From Selaginella moellendorffii (Eukaryota > Plantae > Lycopodiophyta): DNA of 64,000 nucleotides. The notes below the pieces were generated by a model that did not search any database, had not been told where the DNA came from, and saw nothing but the letters and a program-made list of their open reading frames with translations. Positions 34,560 to 46,096 of this stretch are shown piece after piece. Location of the stretch: assembly GCF_000143415.4 (NCBI RefSeq), contig NW_003314351.1, positions 245,490 to 309,489 of the forward strand. The letters run 5' to 3'. Both the position numbers and the translations under genes were made by a program. The stretch's first letter is position 1, and each line of letters opens with the position of its first letter.

Positions 34560-34890
34560 GGGGCTTTCCATCTTCTTTCGTTCCTTCTTCTTCGCGGCAT
34601 TGGTAGTGTCATCGCATTGCCTACTGTTTGGATCTAGCATTTTTCTTATATTTCTCTGGTATAGGTCTCCCTCTAGAGATCCATCACATTCTCAGCCTCA
34701 TTTTCTACTCTTAATTTCTGCCATCACCCCTGGCCCAAAAATCCCACACGATACCCTACTTGTGGCAATGGAATAGAAATGCTGCTGAGGACCAGCTTGA
34801 GAGCTCTCATTGTACTCATTACTAGTCGACAATTTGGTGGAGCATGTCGAGGCCAAGCAGTATCTTCGTTGATAAACCCTAATCCCTCGT
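34560..34890 (-). pseudogene. TOP1A relic C (5' end and telo-box)
   Basis: Diverged match to 31370-31925 (cttcttcgcggcattggtag; aaaatcccacacga; gataaaccctaa). Confidence 0.7.
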
Positions 34891-37058
34891 AAATATATTC
34901 GTATATATGCTTCAAATATGCATGCCCATACGAGTGAAATCAACAAAACAGTGAAGCCAAATGTAAATGCCCAGAATGACACATTTTCCTGCCACCAGCT
35001 GCTGCTGCTGAAATGCTCATAAACCACTAAGGTGAAATTGCTATTGTAGGGACACTCTTTGTCAAGTGGCTTTCCACACAGGCCTGGATTTTCCAAATAG
35101 CTTGACTTATCAAATGTGCTCATCTGCCCCAAGCCAAATGGAATCTTGCCCTCAAGCCTGTTGAATGAAAGATTCAGAACTGATAGTGAATGAATTTTTT
35201 GAAACGTGTTGGGGATGGGTCCAATAATGTTGTTGAAGGAGAAGTCATCTTGCCTAGAGTTTGGGGAATGTTTCCAGAAAAGTGATTATTGGAGAGATTG
35301 AGGATGCGGAATCTAACCAACTCACCCAAACTTGGAGGAATCACTCCCGTCAACTGGTTGGAAATTGTCGTTCTCTTCCTTTGACCATAAGCATTAATGT
35401 TTTCCTAAACAATCCTATAGGTCTCCATTCAGGAATATCATTGGTATGTTTGAATGCATATAATTGGCTTAGAGAACCTGAAAGACTTCCTTCAAACTTG
35501 TTGTGGGAGAGGTCAAGGATGTGAAGGTGGGTCATGTTCCACAACCAATCAGGTATTGGGCCATGGAATCTGTTTCCACCAATGATTAGCACTGTGAGAT
35601 TTTTGAAATGTGAAAGAAATGAAGGAATTTTGCCAGAAAACTTGTTATCACTGATGATAATGTGCTGTACTTTTTGTGATAGACTTTCTGGTAGCTCACC
35701 TTCAAATTTGTTATATGAGAGTGAAACATATTGAAGATTTGTCATGCTTTTGAAGACATCTGCTCCAAGCTTTCCACTCAGAGAGTTATTATCAACCCGA
35801 AGAAAAATTAGATTAGTGCAGTGCTTGAGCCAATTTGGCAAACCCCCAACTAATCTATTACCACTCACATCCAGGTAATTCAAATTACACAAAGGCCCAA
35901 TACTTATTCCCAATATTTCCCCAGTGAGCATGTTGTTTGACAAAAATAGGAATTGCATGTCCCTTGAAATGGGTGGCATATGTCCATTGAATTTGTTGTC
36001 TGATAGATCCAAGTATTCAATTGAAGTCGTTGTCAAGATATATGATAAGCTGCCATTTAAGCTGTTGTTACTCAACTCAAGAAATTTCAGATTCAATAGC
36101 TGCCTTAAATTTATTGGTATGGCACCAGTCAACAAATTGTTACCCAAGTGTAGCTCATTTAAATTTGATAGATGTCCCAAGCTAGCTGGTATACTACCTG
36201 TGAACCTGTTATTCCTAAGGTTAAGGTTGATTAGTCCTCCCATTTGTCCTAAGCTGAGTGGTATCGTACCACTGAACATGTTGTAACTGAGATTTAAACG
36301 CTGGAAATTACTTGAATATGATGGAATATCACTTGATAGAAATGAGCTTGTCAAGGAGCAATGTTTTAGAGTAAGATCCTCCAAATGAGTCAAGTTCCAT
36401 ATTTCTTTTGGGATTGCCCCAGTACCATTCAAATGACTCAAAGACAAAACTTTGAGAAGAGGTAGAAGCGTGAGTGACACTTTCAATAATGTTATCAGGG
36501 AAAATGTGTATCTCCTCCAGCTTACTGCAATTACCAAGCTCCTCAGGGATTGACCCAAAAATATAGCCAAAGGAAATTTCAACATGACGTAGGTTTTTTA
36601 GCTGCCCAATTGACCTGGGTATTTCTCCAATAGCAATGTCAGCCCAAATAACTTCAAGCGATGATAAATTGCCAATAAATTCCGGAATTTCACATGGCAA
36701 ATACAACGTTTTCAGTTTCTTCATCATTCCAAACTCTTTTGGTAGAGGGCCAACCAGGTTATTCAAAGAGAGGTGAAGCACCTCCAGATTTTTCAACCTG
36801 GATACTTCCGGACTGATTATTCCTTCGAGATTGAGACCCCCCAAATCGAGCATGACCAGTAACATTACTGCAGGTCACTCCTTCCCAAGACACACAGAGA
36901 CTGTGAGAATTTTCCATGGTCCAGCTGGATAGAGCAGTGTGATTTGATAAACCTCCTTTAAACGCAAGCAAAGCCTGGGGCTCATACATTTCCCATGCCT
37001 GTATACAAGCTGAGATGCAGAGCATCACATAAGCACCAAGAACAAAAGCCCCTCCCAT
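34890..37058 (-). pseudogene. Frameshifted LRR receptor-like protein
   Basis: Signal peptide and N-cap (QALLAFK...CVSWEGVTC), LRRs, ENPGLCGKPL, WWQENVSFWAF transmembrane region; split over at least 4 frames. Confidence 0.88.
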
Positions 37059-37439
37059 GCCTTCAATGAACTAAATCTCTTCTCTCCTCTTTGCCACGAA
37101 GCTCTGCTCGAACGGCTTTCCTTTTTATGTCGAGCAACCTTTACAAGTCAAAAGCTCTCATGGAATATGACACTACTGCAAAATGGGGCGGAAAGCTAGT
37201 CGTCTGGAAAAGAAAAAGGAGAAAGAGTCCTCCATACTCGTGAAGGATTCGTCCATACGGAAGTCTTCGTGGTCCAAATGATTTCGTATTAGTCGTGAGT
37301 CTATATTCCTCCATGCTCATGAAGGCTATCCAGATCCAAGATGTGATATACAGAAGGATTTCACACAATTGAGAAAGAGCTGTTTAACATTGGCAATCAA
37401 CCTTGGCCGGAAAGCTAGTCGTCTACCTGTTGCATGTCT

Positions 37440-38400
37440 GCTACTTTTGTCGTGGAAGTTTGGCCAGAACTGCTTCCACTTCATGTTCCCGGACGAAACA
37501 GCGTCGAGTTGCTGCTCCTCCATCCTGGCCGTGAAGCGGTAGTCCACATCCTCTGTGAAGTAGCGCGACAAGAATGCCGCCACCATCCGGCCTCGAACGC
37601 GTGCTGGAGAGTACGTCTACGGCCTTAGCGTCGCCAGCAGTGAGCGACAACTGGTCCAGTTTGACGCCGTTGTAGCTCACAAGCTGTGCCGGAAAGCTCA
37701 CTTGTCCCTTGCTTTCTGTTGGAGAAATCTCTGCACAGTACTCTCGAGGAGCTCTCGATCTCCTTCTCCAAGGCAGCAGACTGGACTCTTCCAGCGGATT
37801 TGCTAAGCCCCTTCTTCATGATGCCTTCCAGCTTAATCATCTCGAGAATGTGCCAGGCGATGGTTGCTACTACTTCAGCCTTCTTGAGGACTTACTTCGA
37901 ATCTCCACCATCCTTTCCTCCCTTGGGAGGCTTCTTCGCGGCATTTGTAGTGTCGCTGGGCTTTTGTTCCACAGCCACCGGTTGCTGCTTGGATCTGGCA
38001 TTTTCCTTATCTTTCCCTGGCGGATCCTGGTTCTCTTCTTGCGGCTTTGCTGTCCGTTTAGATTTTCCCGCAGGAGGCTTCTTCGTCACATTGTCAGCCT
38101 TTCAGCAGTCGAGGCTTTCAAAGCCACTCCTTTCTTCCGAAACCATGACTGTTAGCAGAAGAGCATGCAATCCAATCCCCCTGGCTGGAATCTACTGCTA
38201 GCGGAAGAGCACGGATTTGTAGCCTGAAGGCTAGCAGAAGAGCACGGGTTTTAGGCCCGACCGATCCAATTCCCCTGGCTCGAAAATCCCATCTGGGGCA
38301 ATGGAAGGCAGGAATGCCGCATACCAGCCGTGAGAACAGAGAACTCTTGGCGCTAGGAGGCAGAATTAGCCCCCGCGCGTCGATAAACCCTAAGCCCTAA
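37440..38400 (-). pseudogene. TOP1A relic D, heavily deleted
   Basis: Collinear pieces of 29370-31925 (MVAAFLSRYFTE, SAGRVQSAAL, VSYNGVKLDQ) joined across large deletions. Confidence 0.9.
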
Positions 38401-38415
38401 GGCTCGGAAATCTGC

Positions 38416-38424
38416 ACCGTTGGA
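38416..38424 (-). promoter_or_regulatory. MSA-like element (TCCAACGGT) beside a telo-box in the TOP1A/TWD40-2 promoter
   Basis: accgttgga here and in the duplicate at 31942-31950; fits the YCYAACGGY consensus. Confidence 0.4.
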
Positions 38425-38602
38425 TTTTAATCACTTGGAATTCCGGAATGGAATGTGGTGCGAGCTCTACACTGGCAGTAGTATAGCTTGTAGGAGCTTC
38501 GCGCGAGGTGAGCTAGGGTTTTGTGGATGTGGATCCGGGAGCGACGCGATGGCGCTAGAGGTGTGACGCAGATCTAAGGGGGTTTATAGGGTTTTAGCAG
38601 CG

Positions 38603-41600
38603 ATGGAGTGGACGGCGAGGCAGTATCTGGAGGTCCAGGGAGCCCAGAGCGATGGAGCTCGGCCACAGTGCGGAGCATTTCATCACTCGCAGGCGCTCTT
38701 CGCGGCTGCGGTCGGGCAACACATCACTGGTGAGATTTCCGAGCTAAATTCTCCGAATTGACGCGAGGATTTCGCGTGATCCGGAAATTTTACTAAGAAT
38801 GTGAGAGGGTTGGCTGATGATGGTGAATTTTCTTGCAGAGTTTGATGCTCTCACGGGCTGTAAGCTCTCGAGCATCAATATTGGAGCTTCCGTCGTGCGT
38901 ATGGCATATAGTCCTGCTGGCGGGCATGTAATTGTCGCTGTTCTAGAGGTATGATACAGCTCTTGGCATAGATCTTTTGCATGAATTGGATTCTTTTTTT
39001 TTCCTCCCAGGATTGGAGCATTAAGTCGTGGGATCTAGATACCGAGCATACGCATTTTCTTTATTCTCCAGCCAAGAAAACAGACAGGATCTCAGAAGGG
39101 ATGGAGATACACATTGCTCTGACACCACTTCGACCGTGGCTGTTCTTTGGAACGTATCGGCGTTCAAGTGTAAATGGTAAGTCTTTTCTTGTATCAAGAT
39201 AAACTATTTGATGCGTCACGTTTGGTTGTAGTTGTGGGGACTATAGAAGGTGCCAAACCAGCGACCATTATTAAGACGGATCTGAAAAAGCCAGTCACTG
39301 GCCTTGCTTGCCATCCAAGAAGTCCTCTTCTGGTACCTACATCTTTTCGTTAGATTTTTTCGCATTTTTGGTAATTCGGATCTGTTTGGACAGTTCGTTG
39401 CGTATGCCGAAGGGCTTATTCGGGCATATCACATACAGTCTTTCACCGTGCAGTATACCTTGCAAAGTATGTTCCTTCTATGTCTTTCACTCAACTATTT
39501 GTAACCGAACCATTTTTGCAGTTGATACGTCAATAAAACTAGTTGGAGCAGGAGCGTTTGCGTTTCATCCGACTTTAGAATGGGTTTTTGTTGGCGACAG
39601 AAGCGGCACACTAATAGCATGGGACGTCTCAGTTCCAACACAACCCAGTATGATCGGGATGTAAGTACCAGTCTACGTGTTTGCTTCAGGATGCTAAATG
39701 TTCATTGAACTTGGCAGCACTCAAGCGGGTTCAAATCCAATTTCAGCTCTTTCCTGGCATTCTATGTTGCGGTTACTTGTGACTCTTTCAAGGGATGGCA
39801 TGGTGCAGGTGTGGAGGACGAGGGTCATTCTAAATTCGAATAAGCCTCCCATGCGTGCGAACTTCTTCGAGTCTGCAGGTACATAATACTGGTTATTCAA
39901 TATACGGGTAGTTTTATTAAGTCTTCTTTGTTTTCTTTTTCTTCTAGGCGTTGAAAGTTTGGATGTTGCTAAGGTTCTGGCTCAATGTAGTGGCGACACT
40001 ATATACCCTGTCCCGAAGATTACTGATTTTCTCCTACATCCGAAGCTGAATTTGGCAACAATATTGTTTCCGGTACGCTATATAATAGACTGTTACGTGA
40101 AGCTAAATCTTGTCCTTATAGAGCAACAGTAGGAAAGAGGAAGCGAGAAGAAGAGCATCAGCTGTGTCGAGAGAAGCTAGGAAGCAGCTATTCTCTGTGC
40201 TACAAAGTGCTAGGGGCTCTCCAGGTTGGATTTAGCATTTGTAGAAATGATCTTGAGCTGATATTTTAAGATTTAGGATCGGTCTTGAAGGAAAAACTTG
40301 CACTTTTGGGCTCGACTGGCATTCTACCCGATTATCAGCTGCAGATGCAATTACAGCAGGCGAGAGGCCAGCAAGGGTAAGCATCATACCATTCATCAAA
40401 TACAGTAATGACGTCTCTTTAACAGCCTGACAATGTCGGACCTTGCGCGAAAGGCATTTTTGTATGGAGTAAGCACACACTATGTTTGATGCCATAATAT
40501 TGACACTTCACGTTATTTTGGCAGAAACATGGAGGGGAGCCAAGAGACACTACTTCATTTAGACTACCGCTTTTATCCATTGCAGATCCGAGTCATCACT
40601 TGCGTGATCTCCCTGTTTGCCAGGTACTAAACTTCAAGCATTAAGTATTTGAAACTAATTTCTGTTTTCTTCAGCCATTGCAACAAGACCTTGGGTTCTT
40701 TACCTCTGAACAAGGCATATTCAATTATCCTGTCCGTGCTTTTTTCATGGACGGTTGTAACCTTTCTGCTTACAATCTTGCATCTGGAGACTATAATATC
40801 TACAAAAAGCTTTCTCCGACCGTAAGCACTGAGTTCAATTGGCTGTAAAATTGCGTTGACATACCTTGCACAGGCACTTGGAGGTCAAGAACGGTCGCCT
40901 ACTCACATGCTATATAGTTCTCGACAGCATCTTTTTCTTATATTCTTTGAGTGCCGAGGAGCCATTGGCGAAATCGTTATCTATCGGGAATCCTTAACTG
41001 CTGAAGCTGTTGGTGAACGTTTGAACACTATAACAGGTTCAGTCCGTTTTCGATCTCGAACTCTCTGTTTCTTACATTTCAGTTGCAGGCCGCGATGGTG
41101 CTTTTCTGGGATTTAAGGAGGACAAGTATGCAATTCTTGATGAAGACGGGGTTGGATTGACTCTTTATCCTCTTGAAGACGAAGTTAAATCAGCCACATC
41201 CAATGGCGATACAAATGGTGCTTTAGACGCCAGTACATTTTCAGAACTTCATGCAAAGGCTCAAACGTACGAGAACGGACAGAAAGGCTTGATACAGTTT
41301 GTGTTTGATAGTCCCGTGCAACGCATATATTCTACTCCCTTAGGTTCGATCTCTTATACTGCCTCTTTTGTACTCACACATGGGTTTTCAGATTCTCTGT
41401 TAATGTATGTCTCCTCTGGGAGTCATATAGGACTGACACGAATATTTTCAAGTGGTTATGGAGCCAGCGGCGACATGTTTGAGCTTTCTACGAAACAAGA
41501 AGACGGTCGCTTCTTGAAAATCAGGCAATTTGAAACGGTTTTGCAGGTACTCGTAATGTGTATCAATCTGTTATATTTTTCTATTTAATTTTTTCCTTCA

Positions 41601-44600
41601 TGCAGGTTCGTTGGCAGGAAACCATGGTTGGTCAGTTTGCTGGAATTCTTACGACTGAGAGAGTCATGATCGTCTCTCAAAATCTTGAAGTCATCAATTC
41701 TACGTCTGCAACATTTGACAAGGGATTCCCTCCAATATCCACCAAAATATGTTTTTTGTTTGTTGTTTGCCATGTGTTCAACCTTAACTCTTTAATACTT
41801 CAGATCTCTAGTATGGGTTGGACCGGCATTACTGTTTTCAACTCCGACGACCGTCGCTGTACTTGGGTGGGATGGACCCGCGTGTGCAGTCACGACGCTA
41901 GCAGCGCCAAATTCGGGTTAGCCAGTTTCATCTGATTTCCTCTCATTGCCTTGATTTTCTGTCTTTAGTGCTTGTTGGGACGCTGAACGATCGCCTCTTA
42001 CTGGTCTGCCACAATGATCCAAGTCCAAGACAAAAGCAACTTGTCGAAATAAAGACCCGTTTAGCAGGTCTTTTGGAGCCACTCCTGATCGGATGGACAA
42101 CACTTCAAGTCAAACTTCAGCCTAAACTTGATCTGTCCGAAATCCTGTTTAGACTGACGTCGAGGTACTTCCTCCTTTGTTTCATTTGTGATGTATTTAT
42201 CGTTTCTTACAGGTTTGATAGTCTTCGGGTCACACCGAGGTCACTTGATGCACTTGCACGGGTTCCATCCGTCTGTGGAGAGCTCGCTGTTGAACTTTCA
42301 CAAGCAGGGCCACAGTTTACTCAGGTATATCATCTAAGCTTGAGTTACTTATTCCGAATTTCATGCTACAGGAATTGCGATGCAAGTATGCAGTAGTCGC
42401 TCGCCGGTTTCAAACTGCTCTTTCCATTTTGAAAGATGAGTTTCTTCGATCTCGAGATTATCCTCGTTGCCCTCGAACTTCACGCTTGTTCCACAGATTC
42501 CAAGAGCTTGGAAGAGAATGCATTAAGTAAGTTATCTTCGTTTCTTTCTTGTTTGGTAGATGACAAGACTTTGTTGCAGGTTTGGTCAATTCGACCAAGC
42601 GAAAGAAGTATATGAAGCCGTCTCAGATTATGAGAGCATGCTGGATTTATTTATATGTCACTTGAATCCCAGCGCTCTAAGAAGGCTAGTCCAAAAGTTA
42701 GAGGAAACAGGCGTCGAGCCAGAGCTGAAGCGGTTATCAGAAAAAATACTTATTGTCCGATCTTCGGGATGGGGACAAGGTGGTGTTTTCGCAAACTTTG
42801 CTGCTGAAAGTCTTGCTCCCAAGGGCCCAGAATGGGCTGGAGGTAACTGGCAAATCAAAACGTTCCCTGAAGTGAAGAGTTCTCGGGAATGGGAACTGTC
42901 TGGAGAAGTAACTGCGTACATGAAGACTCCTAGTGGACCTATTCCTACGCTTATTCCGGATCACATTGGAGTTTACTTTGGTACGTTAAAGGGTCGGGGC
43001 TCCGTTGTGGAAGTACGTGACGATGCGTTAGTGAGAAGACTTACAAACGGGGAAGCTGACATCGAGAAACCGGCACCAGCTCTGGCATTACCTTCAACAG
43101 AGTCTAAAGCTGCCGAAGACAGTTTATTGAACAAGATCAGAGCTGCAAAGAAAGACGACGGGATTGTTGACGAACAAGCAAAGGCCGCAGAAGAGTTCAA
43201 GAAAGGATTGTACGGTGTCGATGGTAGCAGCAGCGAAGAGGATGAAACATCTACCACGAAGAAAAAGATCAGAATTAAAATCCGAGACAAGCCGGCTACT
43301 ACTACTGTGGACGTGGATAAAGTGAAGGAAGCTACGAAGCAGTTCAAGCTGGCAGACACCTTACCACCACGTACAAGGCGTGCTTCAGGAGGCTCACAGG
43401 GCAGTTTTGGCAGTAGTGGGGGAATTCAAGACATTCCGATCCAAACTACGACAACTCAAACCAACACCGAGGTGTTCCCTGTGATAATGGGAATGGGTGT
43501 ATCAGCTGCCAGCGGACCAATTCCAGAAGACTTCTTTCACGCGAATGGAACAGGTCAAGGCAGTGGTGCTGCGCAGCCTCTCACTGTCAATATCACTCCG
43601 GATGGTCTCACACCAGGACTTTGGACTTCAAATGTTCCTCAAGTCCAAAATATGGCCGGTGCACCAGCAGGCATAGTGGGCGGTCCTGGCATTATGTCGA
43701 ATGGCGTTCCTCCTCAAGCTGATATTTCCTTACCGGATGGTGGTATTCCTCCTCAAAGCGGCGATCTTTCCTTACCGGATGGTGGTGTCCCTCCGCAAGC
43801 TGCTCCTCAGACTGAAAAGACCAGCACTGCTCCTGTTAATGTTAACTTTGAGTCTTCGATGCCTGCAGCTGCTCTAGGAGTTAAAGCTCCTTCACCTCCA
43901 CGACAATGGAAGCCAGGCCAAGTAACGTGCTCTTTTATCCTTTATATTCTTGAGCTAATTCGCTTGTCTTTCTAGGTGCCGCGTGGAGCTTCTGCATCAA
44001 CGTGCTTCAAAGCTGCCGTTGCACATCTGGAACAGAATCAGCTTTCTGATGCCATGTCGTGCTTGGATGAATCTTTCCTCGCGCTTGCTAAAGATCGATC
44101 TCTCGGAGTCGACGTCAAGGCTCAAGCTAAAATCTGTTCTCAGTACAAAGTTGCTGTTCTACTTTTGCAGGTAATACTTCTTTCAGTAGTTGCTAATATA
44201 ACTCCTGCTGCTTTTCTTCAGGAAATTGCCAAGCTGTTAAAGGTCGACGGAACAGCGGCTGTTGGCGCGAAAGACGAAATCGCCCGACTGGCAAGACACC
44301 TGAGCACATTACCATTGCAAGCGAAACATCGGATCACTTGCATACGGACAGCTATCAAGAGAAACATGGACGTGCAAAACTACGCTTTTGCAAAATCACA
44401 GCTGGACTTGCTACTTTCGAAGGCCCCTCCCAACAAGCAGGAAGAACTGAGATCACTCATTGCTGTTTGCACCCAGAGAGGATTATTCGACAGAACAATA
44501 GAGGACACAGAAGATCCCGCACAGTTCTGCTCTGCAACACTGGGACGACTGCCAACCATAGGCCACGACTCTTGCGATCTTTGTAGCGCTAAGTTTTCGG

Positions 44601-44692
44601 CCCTGACGTCTCCAGGATGCACCATCTGCGGCATGGGTACCATCAGACGATCAGATGGTGTTGGAGCTCCTGTTTCATCACCTTTTTCTTAA
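38603..44692 (+). CDS. TWD40-2: TPLATE/TSET complex WD40 subunit TWD40-2, many exons
   Basis: MEWTARQYL...EFDALTGCKLSSINIG start; GAFAFHPTLEWVFVGDRSGTL; KPPMRANFFE; PKGPEWAGGNW; C-terminal CDLCSAKFSALTSPGCTICGMGTIRRSD. Confidence 0.9.
41735..41798 (+). other. U12-type (AT-AC) intron in TWD40-2
   Basis: 5' ATATCC, branch site ACCTTAAC at 41781-41788, 3' AC; removal gives in-frame DKGFPP-FRSLVWVGPALL. Confidence 0.88.
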
Positions 44693-45027
44693 GTCGTACT
44701 TGGAAGCTCCAAATTTTGGCGTGAAAAGGCTGACGTGAGGACTTAGTACCGGGAGGAGGACTTAGTAGCGTGACCAGACCTTACGAGCAACAGAATTTTC
44801 ATCTTCCAGGTGAGTAAACATCCTCTCTATGTTATTGCTGGTTTTAAAGCTGTGTACATTCGCTTGCAGGAAACTTACTCCATTTTGTGAGAGTGTTTGT
44901 ACAATGCGTAGGACGAGTGAGTTTTGCTGTATTCTTTTCGTTGTGATTATTCATTTTTATCGGCCTCACTGCTGTAAGAGTTAAACCTTGTCTTTTGTTC
45001 TGCCATGAGCTCTACTTCAAGTGTCAT

Positions 45028-45697
45028 TCAGTAATTCATGTGCGTAGTGGCTGCGACAAGATCCGAGACAGTCGTCGCAACTTTGCATTTTGGAGGTGAG
45101 TTGAAGATAACGTTATGTACCTTGTGCTCATAAATCTTTCCTTTACTGTCCAGTTTGTACTCGGAAACGCCGTCGAAGAGACCTCTGGCTTCCCACGGCA
45201 CTCGTGGAATGCCGCGAACAGACCATCTGATCACAATAGTGCTCTCCGAAGGCTGCCAGACGCTCAAGATTTCCACCCAGATCGACTTGAAGAGCATTCT
45301 ACCATTCAGCCGGAGCACCTGTACAATAAACTTGTAGTTCCCAAGTCCGTGAAAGCAGTTCACTGGATCTCTGAAAGAGATGTCCTCTCTGCACCAAACA
45401 AGGTAAGCCACTCTACCTTTACTTCATTCTCATCTCCTACCTGTATATCTGATAGCTCAGATCTCTGTGGAACAGAACAGGCAGCTCCTCCCGCAAAGTC
45501 CTGATGGCATAGCCTACGTTGACATGGTAATCCAGACTTCCTTGCTTGCTCTTTGCTACTAACGGATCCTCTACTTTGCTATTCAGCTTGGTCGAGAGAT
45601 TGCGACACTGCACTCGCAGAGGTTGCTTGAATCTATCTCCGCTGCTATGCGCCAAGCTCAGCGCTACCTCTACTGGAAGCAGCTTACTACACACCAT
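45028..45697 (-). CDS. DUF2358 (NTF2/SnoaL-like) protein, probably plastid-targeted, 2 exons
   Basis: YHVNVGYAIRTLREELP...IY-REDISFRDP...WQP...RWSVRG...FDGVSEYKLD...IYEHKV; start codon is approximate. Confidence 0.82.
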
Positions 45698-46096
45698 CTC
45701 GTGAAGTTCGCTAGGAAACCGTGGAGACTCGTTTGCATTCGATCTGGGAGAGGACTGTGGATATGGATGGGGGTGGATTTCAGAGAGATACTGAAGTAAA
45801 AGAAAGGTACACACGCTAAAGTTTGCGGGGTCTACTGATATTGACATCTTACAGAAGCCAGGAACTTGAGGCGCTGGAAACGAAGATGGGTGTTTCGGTT
45901 TGGATCTTCGTCCCAAAGTTGGAGTTTGATGGATTCACTGGTACGAGCAAAGAACTCCAGTGATAGATCCAGCGAGTTGGTAGCGATCCAGCGATCTTTG
46001 ACAGGTAAATATTTCGTTTTTAATCGATGGGTTTCTTTTCCTTTAGATCACATTATCGGTTTAATATAGGTCGGGGTTTAGGGTTCTTGGCAGGGA

